Positions 1 through 13,100 of a stretch of DNA of 64,000 nucleotides are shown in pieces. The notes under the pieces are model-generated. The model saw only the letters and a list, made by a program, of their open reading frames with translations. It was not told the origin of the DNA and made no database searches. The translations under genes and the position numbers were made by a program. The stretch is from Asterias rubens (lineage: Eukaryota). The DNA is taken from positions 11,966,001 through 12,030,000 of the forward strand of contig NC_047080.1 in the NCBI RefSeq assembly GCF_902459465.1. The letters are read 5' to 3'. Position 1 is the stretch's first letter. Each line of letters opens with the position of its first letter.

Positions 1-438
1 AATAAGAATGGCTCTAAATCACATGAGGTAATAGCAACCTACTAGTCTCTGTGTTAATCCCAACCTATCCTCTATATGGTGACGGTTGTTTCATGATGGA
101 GATACACTTTTTATCGTACTGTTAAAATCTTAAAGTTCTTGAATCTTTATAAACTCGAACAAGTAGTTTTCTGGGACTATCTTTACAAGCCCAGCAATTT
201 TCCTCTGATAAAGGGCACTTCTATTAGGAAAATGTAAATTTTTAAAGGAACTTTGCAATGTGCACCACAGCAAAGTCACCGGGCATCACGACAATTGCTG
301 TAGGGGCCGTGGGTTATTTTAATAATAATAATAATCTAAGCATTGAGGTAGCATTCTTACACAGAAAAAGTACCACAACGCTTTACAACAATAATTTTGA
401 GGCCTGCTTTCATGAAACTTATCTCTGCTTCTTCTCAG

Positions 439-3400
439 GATGTATTTGAAGTTCGGTTTGCCAAGATGCCAGATGAACCATTGACGCCTGAAGACGACGA
501 CGATGATGATGATACTAAAGACAGTGATGCCAGCAGTCACCCGACAACACCCTCTGGATCAGAGTCAGACGACAGTGAAGTAGAACGAGAAGAACAGTTA
601 ACCAAGCTGCAGGCTCAGGTTAGTGCTACGATCCAAGGCCCTTTAATGGTTTCATCTATGAACTAGTTGGCATATCACTCAGGTTGGATTTGAACCCATC
701 ACCTTTGCCATGCTAGAGCAGGTTTCTTACCAATAGAGCACCGCGCAACTATGTGGTAGACCTCATTCCACAATGTAATAAAAGAAAGAAGTAAAGTCAG
801 TCTAAGCCAGTATGGCTCATCAGGCCAGTGTTTATATCCGGTTTCATTGGCTTAAAAGGACTGAGACTATTTCTAATCCCCCTGGATGCCATTCCTTGGT
901 GGAGAGAAGTAATCAAGGACACAAGTGTTGTGACTGACCAGCATTCGAACCCACATTCAGTGAATTACCGAACTTGAGTCTACCACCCTAGACTGTTCAG
1001 TCACGGCACCCCACAATATCAACAAATCTCATTCTTTGTTTCTGGAGACGTTAAGTTTGAAATGATGATATCTTGCGTGTCAACTGAGTCGGTAACTTCA
1101 AACCAGTCTTGCAGAGAGCTATGTAGAATATTATAATTCACACTGCTGAACAAGACTGGGGAGAAACGCTAGCATATGACGTATGCTCAAATCTGATCTT
1201 ACTCAAAACAGGCCGTTTACGCCACAACCAATGCAGCATTTTTAGGTGGTAGTATTTTTGCTTAGCATTAGTTAAACTAAGTTTAAGTATGATTAAATCT
1301 GATCTTATGTGACTCCAAATGGGTCATTAATTGCTCAACCAGCACTACATTTTTAGGCGGTAACTTTTTGTTCAGAGTGAGGTTTACTAAGTTGTTACCA
1401 GTAAAGATTTCTGATTTGCGTGCCATGACTTTAATTATTGGACTCGGTATGTGAATCTCTTGCAGCTGAAATCAGTACACGAACAGCTGACGGCACTCTC
1501 CCAAGCATCCCAAAACCGCTCCAAGAAGAAGAAAGACCACAAGAAGAAGAGGAGAAAGGATAAAGATCCCGAGAACCACACCTCCTCAGAGAAAGAGAAA
1601 GACATGATGGAGGTAGATGAGAAGGTTGAGAAGCCAAAGGTGAAGGATGAGCCTGAACCCAAAGTCAAGGAGGAGGTGAATACGAAGACGGTCAAACCCA
1701 AGAAGCCCAGGGCTAAGCCCAATAAAGGGAAAGCTGGAGGAGACAAAGCAACCAAGGCAACCAAGACGAAAAAGAGCTCAGGAAGGTAGGTGTATCAATC
1801 TGTCAGAAAAAAATCCAGTCCTGGGCCCAATTTCATAGAGCTGCTTAAAGGGAAGGTACACGTTTGGTAATTGTCAAAGACCAGTCTTCTCACTTGGTGT
1901 ATCCCATCATAACCATAAAATATCAAGCCTGTGAAAATGTGGGCTCAATTGGTCATTTCCCACAATGTTTTATACTATCAACCTCATCCCCAATGCTTGT
2001 TACCAAGTCAGTTTTTAAGTTAATATTTGTTTTGAGTAACTACCAAACGTGTACCTTCCCTTTAAGTATTGCCTAGAATTTTACGCGAAGCAGAAATGAG
2101 CAGAATACCAGTCACAAATTGTACATGTTACATTGTAGTTTGGCTGGTAACCTCATTCTGGAAAGCATGATTTTGTTGTGCTTAGCTAGTTTTTGTGCTT
2201 CAGCACCCCTATGAAAATTCCGGCCATTCTGAAAAAAAATTCCCCATCAGGGTGTAAGTGAACTAATGTAAGATCCAGAGCAGTAACTGGTTAAAATTTG
2301 TGTTTTTAGTGGTATTTTAAAGTTACTTTTTAGCCAACATTTGGTTTTTTATTCTGCAGATCGAAGAAGTCTAAAGCCATTGTGCCGACATTTGATAGTG
2401 AGGACGAGGACATGGCCAAGCCAATGTCATATGATGAGAAGAGGCAGCTTAGCCTGGACATCAATAAATTACCAGGTAAATAAACTCTTGCCGTCTTCTG
2501 CTGAAGATGATGAAAAGGTTACAGCCACAACTCATTAGCTGCGAACGGACATAACAAATAGAACTAGATTTTTCAGTTTTTGTGACGTCACACAAACAAG
2601 GTGGTCGTGAATTATGTTTAAAAATAGTTTTGCCTTTCAGCATGGAATTATGAAATGTTTTATCCGGAAGACAAAGTGATTTGAGTCGTTTCTGTGAGGT
2701 GTTTGTAAAGGTTTTGAAGACCTTATGTGCTCCATGAATGATGATGTTTTAAGTTTTTTTTAGAAGTGTGACATTACAGTATTCACATTGAGTAATGAGC
2801 TGTGGTAGGTATTATAGAACACATAGGACTCTTGCCCTTTCTTTTTGAGGTTAAACAACTAAAAATGTTTGATACTCTAGGTGACAAGCTTGGAAGAGTT
2901 GTTCACATCATTCAATCGAGAGAACCTTCCTTGAAGGACTCCAACCCCGACGAGATTGAAATCGACTTTGAGACGCTGAAGCCATCGACGCTGCGAGAAC
3001 TGGAAAGATACGTTATGTCATGTCTCAGAAAAAAGCCTCGTAAACCGTATGGTGAGTACTCATTGACCCATTTCTTTGTTTTTGGTTTGTATCCTAGTAG
3101 AGGAACAAATAGGAGCCATGCAATAGTTTCAAATTGTGGGCATATCTATATTTATTTATTTATTCAGTTTTTTGGGGGGAGGGGATGGTACTAATCTGAT
3201 TAACTGACAAAGAACACGCTTGGTTCTTACCATAACAGAGATGCAAACTTTCTTTTATTCTGAAACAAAGTTCCCTGAAAATAAACTAATCTTTCTTAAC
3301 ATTGAACAGGGTATTATGAACAAAATTAAATACCACCTGAAACTGGGGAAGTTGTCTTTATTAAAGATCCATATACTTGTTTTCAAATCGTTTGGACCTT

Positions 3401-4796
3401 GTGGGCATGGGTCTTAGTTCCTCCTTGGAACCAGGATAGAAACCCTTTTCACATGAGGTAAAATGAAGATCTAATCATCCACCTTTATACCACAACCATC
3501 TCTTTGCAGTACTGTTGGTTGATTCAAAGGGTGGTTACAAATCGGTAAGAATAAGTTTTGATAACCATTCTGAATCGTAAAAACGTGTTCTTGAGTGACC
3601 TGATAACTTCAAAAAGAGTTAGTAATGCAAAGCAGCCAACTCACCCTGATTCCGCAGAAAGTTTCCTTAAAAAAAAAAAATCTGTTCCCACCTGTGGTGT
3701 TATTTTTGAAAGATTTTTTGCAGGTTCTTGAGTTACCATTTCATTTGAAAATATCTTTACCACAATGAAAACCTGACTTGACAGAGGTAAGATAAGAAAG
3801 GTTTTCATAAATGTGTCCAATAAAAAGTCGTGGATAAAGAGTCATTCGGGCTTGAAGTGGTTTAAAAATACTGAGTTTTTATGAGAGTTCTCCAAGGTTG
3901 AAATCTCATTGTATTTTTTGTTTTCTCAGCATCCAAAAAGACGCAGGGTAAATCCAAGGAGGAAGCGGTGAAGGAGAAGAAGCAAGAGTTGGAAAAGAGA
4001 CTACAAGCAGTCAGCGGTCAGCTTGGTGGTCAGTTTACAAAGAAAGCAGCCAAGAAAGGTATGTTGGTTATTCACATTCATTCTGATTGAATGAAGTTAA
4101 AAATAATTTTGTTCAACCCAAACTTATTGGAAGATTACCCAGTCAGTTTCTATTGCAGTATATTACTTGAAAGTAATATTAGGCTCTTTATAGTATATTT
4201 TTATACTTTTAAGATCAGTTTGAAAACCACCTTGTTTAATATGGCTTATATGTAACTGTTCTATGCCTGATTTTCCCTTACTTTGCGAGGATACCCTCTC
4301 GTTTGCCTTTAGCACCTTAATTTGTTGGATTTTTGGCACCTTACAAATATTCTGTATTTTTATCGTAAAGTACAAACATTTTCCATGTACATGAATCTCA
4401 AAAACGAAATGCTGGGCATTCTCATTACCACCTTGATTTTCCCAAATCAATTCCTGGGCCTTGGTTTCACAAAGCACTAGGGCCCATCTTAAGAAGAGTC
4501 GTCAGTGTTAAAAAAAATAAAAAGAGTTTGATCTTTTTTATGTTTGACCTTTGTCGAGGAAAGTGGATGTACACAAGTACAGCACATGGATCTATCTACC
4601 TTGTAGAGTTTCGCACCCAAGTTAATTATCCCATTTTCCCCCCATTACAGCCCAGCAAGATGCATTAGACTGTCTTGCTGAAGTTGGTGCAAACCGACTA
4701 ACGAGCAGTAGCAGTTCATCTGGTAGTGACAGCAGCAGCAGCAGTAGTTCCAGCTCCAACTCATCCGATAGCAGTGACTCGGAGTCAGGTAGTTAG
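439..4796 (+). CDS. BRD4: Predicted BET short isoform (read-through of the donor after the SEED exon, ends ...SDSESGS*)
   Basis: Weak donor G|GTAGTT at 4788/4789; unspliced reading gives GGT AGT TAG (stop 4794-4796). It is followed by about 2.7 kb of UTR-like DNA and AATAAA at 7483. Confidence 0.65.
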
Positions 4797-7097
4797 ACTC
4801 AAATACTACAAATATACACAGTGAAAACTTGCACCAGCACAACTAAAACCACAGTCTTGACCATACCTGAGTGATGGCTTTTAACCTACTACTAATTTCA
4901 AAGAGCTGTTTATCGGTAAGCAAATTCTTCTGCTTGTTTTAGCAGACAAATTTGCTTAAGCACATGTGTATTTCACCAGTTAGCAGAGACGGCCAGCTTG
5001 CGCGTTCACTATGGAGTTGCATCATTTATTTGCATATAGTAAGCAACTTGGAATGTTAGAGCATGTCCTTTCTTGTGCTTAGCAGTATTAAGAAACAGAA
5101 ATCGCCTAGTAGGCACAAAATCGGCTGTTAAGCAGCTCTATGAAATTTGGCCCTTGACCCGATTTTGTACAGATGGTAAAATATTGCTCAACAATGCATC
5201 TTACTAGCTTCAAATAAGTGGGAGTTGTTCACTAACAATTTATCACATAATATTTTTGTGGGTAACCTGTTTCCGATAAGCAAAATTTGTCTGATATGCT
5301 TAGCACGATTTAGACAATACGCCTGTTTGTCTGGAAACTGTTTGCAAAAAGCTGTGGTTTCACTGGCGTAGGATTCAATGTGGATCTGTAAATTGTGGAC
5401 AATTTTTTATATATATATATCATTAACGCCATTTGGACACAATTTGATAGTAATGTGCAAGTTTTCACTGTGTAGATGTTTTATTAATATTATTAGCAAC
5501 TACAGAGTATCTTTCAATGGGTAGTCAATCTTGACAAAGAGCAGTGTGGACTGTTAAAATTTATGGGGGCTATTCTTGAAGAAAACAATTCTTAATCAGT
5601 GGCAACAACAGCATGTTCAAGATGAATTAGAACTTACAGAAGAACTGTGCGATTTAAAGAAAGATTTTTTGTCACTGTTGTATTTGAAAACTACTCAATT
5701 TATGATGCAACATGCTGCAACGCCATCCAAGTTGGATAAGCTTTTGCTGCATTTTGATAGTGTATAATCTATTAAAAACAAGTTTGTGTACAAAATACCT
5801 ACCCTGCCAAAAGGTGCAGTAGCATGCTTAATTGACAACTAAATATATGTGGACGAATACGTTGCCAAACAAAAGGGGCTTTGCGGATACTTGCAAGAGT
5901 GTTTTTAAAAGCCTCAGTTTTCTTAACTGTATGTCATCGCAATGAGTGGTGTTCATTGATGGGTAGTTGGCCACTATCGGGGGTTTAGTAGTTTTTGTTT
6001 CAAAGTGATGTTGATTATTTTGTATATGTTGTGAGAACTTTTTACAATCAGCTTAGAGTGCCATGTGTCTTAAGGAATGGCATGGAGATCGCTCAGTGCC
6101 AGCTTTACCGGCCAGACATCTAGGCCCTTAACAGGGGGACTTAACTGACATAGTCTCGGCCCTACAAGACGCTACCTGCATTTTTGCATTTTTATATTTT
6201 TTCTTCTTCTCGACATGACTGTTGTGTTGTTAGTCCACAATGATTGTGTGGTTGCTCGTTTGACAAAGTACTGTCAAGTTGGTAACATGAGAGTGTGAAT
6301 GAAGGAGGTAATGAGTGAAACTGTGGTTTGTGGTTGATCAACGTTCCTGTAGGGTGAACGTGTTGAATCGGTCAATGCAGCACCATCTCTTCGTAAAAAA
6401 AAATCCCCCCGCCCCCCCACCCTAACAGTCCCCAAGGGTATGCCAACATTGGGTCCTCGCTCTTGTTTTCACTTGACAGTTTCATCTGGTAAAGACGCCA
6501 GCTTTTAATCGTAAACAAAATTGTTACTTGAACAAACTGTAGCCTGGCCAAGTCGGCCGATTAGCTGAAGCCGAAGCTGGCCTGAGTTGATAAGTCTGTG
6601 CCATTCTGAACACATGTACGCACTCTGCTGAAGACTAGCTTTGACACTATTCCTATACTAATGTTGTACTGCATTTTTTGTCGTTCTTTAAAGACAACCA
6701 ACCAATCAGATTTACTGCAGCATGTTGATATTGTTACTTAACGTAGTAGCGTCTGCCCATGTTGTTAATTAATACGATCAGTCTGTGAGTTCCAATCTAG
6801 ACTTTAAACAATTTATAATGTGATTATTCTGCTTTTTACAGACGGTAGAGAGTCCCTGAAATATGTTTATTTTTGTAGGCTAGTTCCTATGATGTTGAGA
6901 AACTTTGTTTCTAACTATGTGGCTAGACCACATTTTTTATATTCGTTAAGATCCCTAGTAATAAGTAATCTTCACATGTAAATATAAACAAACTATTCCT
7001 TGACTTGAAAGACATCTTTAAGAATTGTTGGCCAATTACTAGACGAATGCCCCCAAGTAATCAAAAAATGATCTGCATTATGTCTGGTGCTCACAGA

Positions 7098-7140
<43 letters not shown>

Positions 7141-10100
7141 AAATCAAAACTTTTTCAATTGTGTCATAGTTGATCATTTGTTTCATGTTCCTTTTTTTTT
7201 TATAAATGTACTTTAACAGCACCTTTTAGTTTAAGGGATTATTTTGTACAAAACGAAAGAGCCGATTGTGTTTCAGGTAATGTTAATCGTTGCTGTGTTT
7301 GTAATTAAAATTACTGTCCTCTTTTAATCAAGTATTTAAAAAAAAAAAGCATTTGTGTTTTGTGCACTCAATGCTGTAGATGAGTCATTTGATGGGCTAG
7401 ATTCGTAGCTACAGAGTAATGAGTACATGTGCCTGTACATAAATACAATGGTCGGCTCTGTATGCTGATGTATTATCTCTTCAATAAAAATTAAAATAAT
7501 AATAAAAAAAAACAGGTCAAACTTATATTTTCAAATTGTATTTCTTTTTTTGTCAGCGATTTGTCAAGTGAAATCGGTCGAAAACCCAATGTTGGCACCC
7601 ACTTTTCCTCTTTGCCCCAAGTCATTTTATCTTCGAAGCAAATTGTAGATTAGGCGTTTATTAACGAGGTGGAACCATGGTTATTTATAGTCTACATATA
7701 TTTAAAAATATATTTAGTTTCAAATTAATCTGCGTTGCACTGCGTGAAACATCTGTATTATTAACAAGGGAACTGAATAGCTGTGGACTGTTTATAGTCT
7801 ATGCTAAGAACCTTTCTAACAAGTGGGTACCAACAATGGGTTTTGTGCCATCATATTAATTTCATACAAAGTTGAGGTATGCCCCTGTCCATCTCCTTCC
7901 TTTTATTGCAAAATTCCTATAAATTCTCTCACTTTGAAGGAACCATTAACTACAATTATTCATATTCCACCACAAAAATTGTGGAATGGCAATTTTTTAA
8001 ATGTTTGACATAAACGTCAACTCAAAGTGAGGTTTCAAATATTCTGCCAGGAGCTGGTTAGTTGTTGAAGCAGTCAGTCTTTGAAAAAAGTGATTTACCT
8101 GCTTTTGAAGTCAAGTTTGAAACGATGTTTGTCATTCATTTTTAAAGTTTGGATTACCGGCAATTATCCTGGCTTTGTTCCCTCGGTTCCCACACTCTGA
8201 TTTTAATAACACAAAATTTCCTGTGGTCAGAGAGAGAATCTTTCATGGGAAATATTATAAAACTCAAGACATTGTTTCCTGACCATCCTCAGATAAAACA
8301 ATTCTTAATTACGCCACCCCTAGTCTTGATCGCTCCTGTCAAACAATCCCTCTGTAGAAGAGAACCCACACTTTCCTAAAAGCCTTTTTGATTACATCAT
8401 TTTGAAAAGGAAAGAAACAAGATACTGCCATGATGCGACCGTCTTGTTCCCTATATATAATACCAATGCTCCCTTAGTATATAAGATAGTCGCCAGACAA
8501 TTGTCCACCGAGCCTCAGGTTGGTGACTGTGTTTTTGAATGGGAAGGATCTGTTGGATGACATGAAACAAGTGAAGGAGAGGAGAGTGATTGGTTTTTAC
8601 CCTCGATCTGAGAGGGTATTTGAGTAGTGATTATTGAAACCTTGAATACATTATACTGTAGCTGCGGCAGCATCACCCAGGAAGAGACTGAGACCGAGCA
8701 CAGTGTCACCTCCACCGAAGAAGACACCGGCCACAAGAAAACCGGTAAGACATATTGTATATCGGCTGTCTTGTAGTGACTTCCATATTGGGTACAGTTC
8801 ATCTTGCCTTTGCAAGCTGCCTTGGTAACTGCTTTGATATGTGAAGCAATACACCAGGGGCCCTTTTCAAACCTTTTTCAAACCTCGGCCTTCAACCTGT
8901 ATTTTGGAGCAGCTCGTATTGCACGAACATCGACACCTTGAGCCTAAGCCAATGTTTGAGAACGGCCCCAGGACTCATTGTAAGATGAGTTGTCAGTATT
9001 ACCTTAGTGGTTTGTATTGTGACATCATACCTTACTTAAGATTGATACGCATTTAAGATCAATCTTAACTCGATTTGAAATTGGTCCCAGGGCAAAATTT
9101 CACAGAGCACCCAATATAATCCTACTGTTTGACCATTCAATATTACATCCTAGTTTTTTAATGAAAGATTAACTTTATAAATTGAATTCATGTGGGGAAT
9201 GCGTCTATGCAGCATATGTACACAATTCTGTGTTCCCATACACAACCTGTTCAAATATATTTGATAAGATTGCTGGAATGTGATCAACAGTGGGAAGGAT
9301 AACATTCAAAATACTCCACCTGTGTTTCGGCTATTGACCAGATGGCACAGATGATGGCCATTTATATCTCACAAACGGTTGCGTAGCTAGCTAGATGTAT
9401 GAGATGGTGCCTCTTCACTGTCTTTTTCTCTGAAAACCTTGGACTAACAACTGCTCACAGACACCCTCCTACCCCCAAAGTGTCGCCCACCTACACCACT
9501 GGGCACGACATTAAAATATATTATGGGCTTTGCCAAATTCTATAATTATAGTCCCAAGTTGATCCCTGACCCTTGACCTTCTTGATACAGCCAACCCCTA
9601 GAGGTCCAAGGAAGCTAACTGCTAAGCAACAAGCAGCTGCTTCGATGAATATTAAGTTGACGACAGCGGCAGTCGCCCCGGCTGGTGAGGATGAGGGAAT
9701 GGCTGTGCCACTGACATCCAAAACTGGTATGATCCACTAATTGGTTCCGTCCAAAGAAACAACAGTTTCTCAGTCTTTTATATATCAAGTTACGATGTTA
9801 TGAACCTTTAGAACTTCGTAATTATGTTGTTTATGACTGTACCAGGGACAGGTGATCCAAGCTACTTTGATAAGCTCATAGCCCTCTTTTTCTTAACGAT
9901 CAAACAATTTATTGGGTCACTGAGCTGAATTTTCATAACAGTTTTGATTATTCTCCAATTCTCCTTTTTTTCCCAAGTAGCACCATCAGCTTCAATCAAG
10001 GTAACGGGGAAATCGACAACAGCCAGCAAGTCAGCAGCAAGTAAAGCTGCAGCCGCAGCAGCTGCTGCAGCCGCAGCAGCTGCTGCCTCTGCAGCAGCAG

Positions 10101-13100
10101 ATGCAGCAGCTGCCGCAACAGCATCAGTAGCAGCAGCAACAGCACCCATCAAGCCTGAGTCCCAGCCAGAGACGACCCTCGATGAGCCCCCGAAGTCATC
10201 ACTTCCAATCCCCAGTGCTCATACAACCCTCCCAGCCCAGCCGAGTCGGCCAAGTAGTAAAGCTGCACCTCTACCAGCCAAAGTGAAGCGATTAAGTCTC
10301 TCCTCGCCGCCAGCATTAGCGAAGCAGGACACCAAACCATCGTTAACAACACCGCCTCCTTTGCAGTCTCCTCCTCCACTCCAGCCATTACTACAGACAA
10401 CTGCAGCAAGTACAGCATCATTACAAACAGCACCTGTGTCTACAAACGCACATAAAGGTGAGTGGCAACTAAAGAGGACGTTTGAGGTGTTATCCACCTG
10501 CTCTATTCAGAAGCAACACTACTCAATTTACGCACAGTGCTCCCGCAAAACTCACCTCTAAAGGACTTTGTTTCATTCTTAAAAATTGCAAACCTCAGGT
10601 GTTGGCTTGTAGGAACAAGTCAACAAATGTCACTAAAGAAGTACCGTCTTTAATTAGTTGACAGACTCGGGTAATTTTGATTTATTTATTTTTTTATCTT
10701 TCTATCTATCTATTTATTTTGGTTTAAAAATACAAACCATCATCATGGTCAGTAGCATCACAAGGTAATAATAATAATAAAAAGATATTTATAAAGCGCC
10801 AAATTGCCAAAAAGGCCTCAAAGCGCTAGATACAAAGGTAAAAATCAATTTCCAAAAAACAATATTACAATACAGAGGGTGAAAACTGACATGCTTAAAA
10901 TTCTCTTTTTAAAGAATGTTGCATCGTTTTCAGTTTTTATCAAAAATTTGACATCTTTAAATGAAATCAATTGCTGATACAAATCAAATTATTCATTGAA
11001 GTATTAATTGAAATATTTCTTTTCAGATGAGATCCCCAAGGTAGCACCACAGCCTCAACAACAGAGGCGCAAATCTCCAATCCAGCACACCAAGCCACCA
11101 AGCCTTCCTACACCCCCATCTCTCACCCCACTCAAACCCCATGCTACTCCAGCCGCACCTGCAACAAAACCACCACCAAAAGACACCATCAACGATGCAC
11201 CAGTCTTGCCACCTTCACAGCCAGCTCCACTCTCAGCAATACAACCGACTAGACATGACTCCACCACGGACCCCCAGACAGGGATAGACTCACACCCCAA
11301 CAGGGGACCTGAGACAGACCCTGAAACCGACCCAAATCATCTTCCAGAATCTACATCCCAACCCTCCCCTCCATTGCCTCTTGGGGGAAGGCACGAGTCC
11401 CCGGTGTACAGTCCTTCGATGCCGATGTTAGAGAAACCTGATTTGATTCCAATGAAGTTCATGATGGGTGATGATGAAGAGGATGATGAAGATATGGAGG
11501 GGGAGGAAGAGGAGGAGGAGGGTGAAGAAGGGAGCAATGGGACGTCAATGGACATCATCGTTGCATCTCAGCTGCCACCTAACTCACAGACGGCTAGCAA
11601 AGAGCCCAACGCTAAACAACGTGAGTAGACAATTAAAACTAGAGATTTGTTCATTTTGTTTTGTTTTACTCTTACACAGACGTGTTTTAATAAGCACTGT
11701 ACTCTCAGTTCTTTCCTGTGTTCTGTGAAAAAAAATCCACTGGCAAATCACTCGGGTGGGATTCGAACCCAAAACCTTTGCATTGCTAGAGCATTGCTGA
11801 TATTTCTAGAAGAAAATAGAATTTGTTGTTTACCAACCGAAAGGACGGAAAGCTATATGCACCAAAAAAAAAAGGTAATGGTTGATGTTATTTTTGTTAA
11901 AGCCACTCCAGGTTGCCTGTCTAAAAGTCAATCGACCACTCGGTATTTTTCAAAGCATTTTTTTACTTTGCAGAACCGCAAGCCAAGCCCAGTGGTCCTC
12001 CATCCAATAAGAATGTAGAAAATGCTAAGAAGGTTGACCGAGGAACCCCAGGACCAATGAAGAAACCTGCTCAGGATGTTAAGATTCAAAACGTTGGATC
12101 GTGGTCTAACCTTGCCACGGCGCTCAATACGGCCAAGGTCAAGCAATCCACACCCATAGTGAGTCATTCTACCTTTGAGGTCTTCAAGAAAGCTGCTCAG
12201 GAAAAGAAGGAAAGGGTGAGTGAACTTTGACCTCTTTCTCTAGGAACCCCTGAATAAGTTGATGACTTTTGAATCCTGCTTGCACTATAAAGTTGCATTT
12301 TGTTGGACACGGCCCAATTTTATAAAGCTGTAAAGCAGGAAATGCTGCTAGACAATTTTTAAAGCAAAAATCTAAGGGGCCCAATGTATTTTGGGCTGGT
12401 AACCTGTTTTGTGTAAAGCAATACTTTTCTATGCTAAGCAAGTTTTTGTGCTTACAGGCTTTGTGAAATTGGGCCCTGTTGGTTTCTTGTCAGATGTGTG
12501 GTGTGCTCTACAAAGCTGGTTGATGACATTGTACTTTACAGGAAAATCGGACATAACCCAGATTGTAGCGGGGCAAATAAAGTAAAAATTTTTGATACTT
12601 GTGCCTTTCATGATATATCATGGAATTTGGCTCATAGTCAGAGTATGTCATGAGTGAAGATGTTTGGCTTTAGGGCCAGTGCAGATTGGAATTTTGGGAA
12701 AACAAATAGTACTAAAATAACAAGAAATTTTCAAAATGGCTTCTATTGCCGAGAACAAATCTATGCACTAAATTCCATGCTTGTATCATCAAAGGGACAA
12801 TCAAATCAAGTACCTGCTGTATTATTTAGTAGTTAAAGTAGTTGATTTTTCTCTGTGGTCTCCATTCAGGAAAAGGCCAAGAAGCAGCAAGAAGAGATGA
12901 GGAAGACGCAACGAGAGCAAGCTGAGAGAGAAAGACTGAGACAGGAACGGGAAAGATTAAGGTATGAAGACGGTTTACCTTCTATCTGACCTCCTGTTGA
13001 TAAAACATTTCAAAACAGAAATCCTTTTAAAATCTTATTGGTAGATACAATAAAACCTGCAACCAGAATATTGTCGCACATCCCATGTAATTGGTTTCTT

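Noticed and set aside
2737-2800. C/D-box snoRNA in a BET intron
   Set aside because: ATGATGA is present but there is no matching D box or terminal stem.
9862-11558. Minus-strand Ala/Ser/Gly-rich ORFs
   Set aside because: Antisense to low-complexity BET exons.
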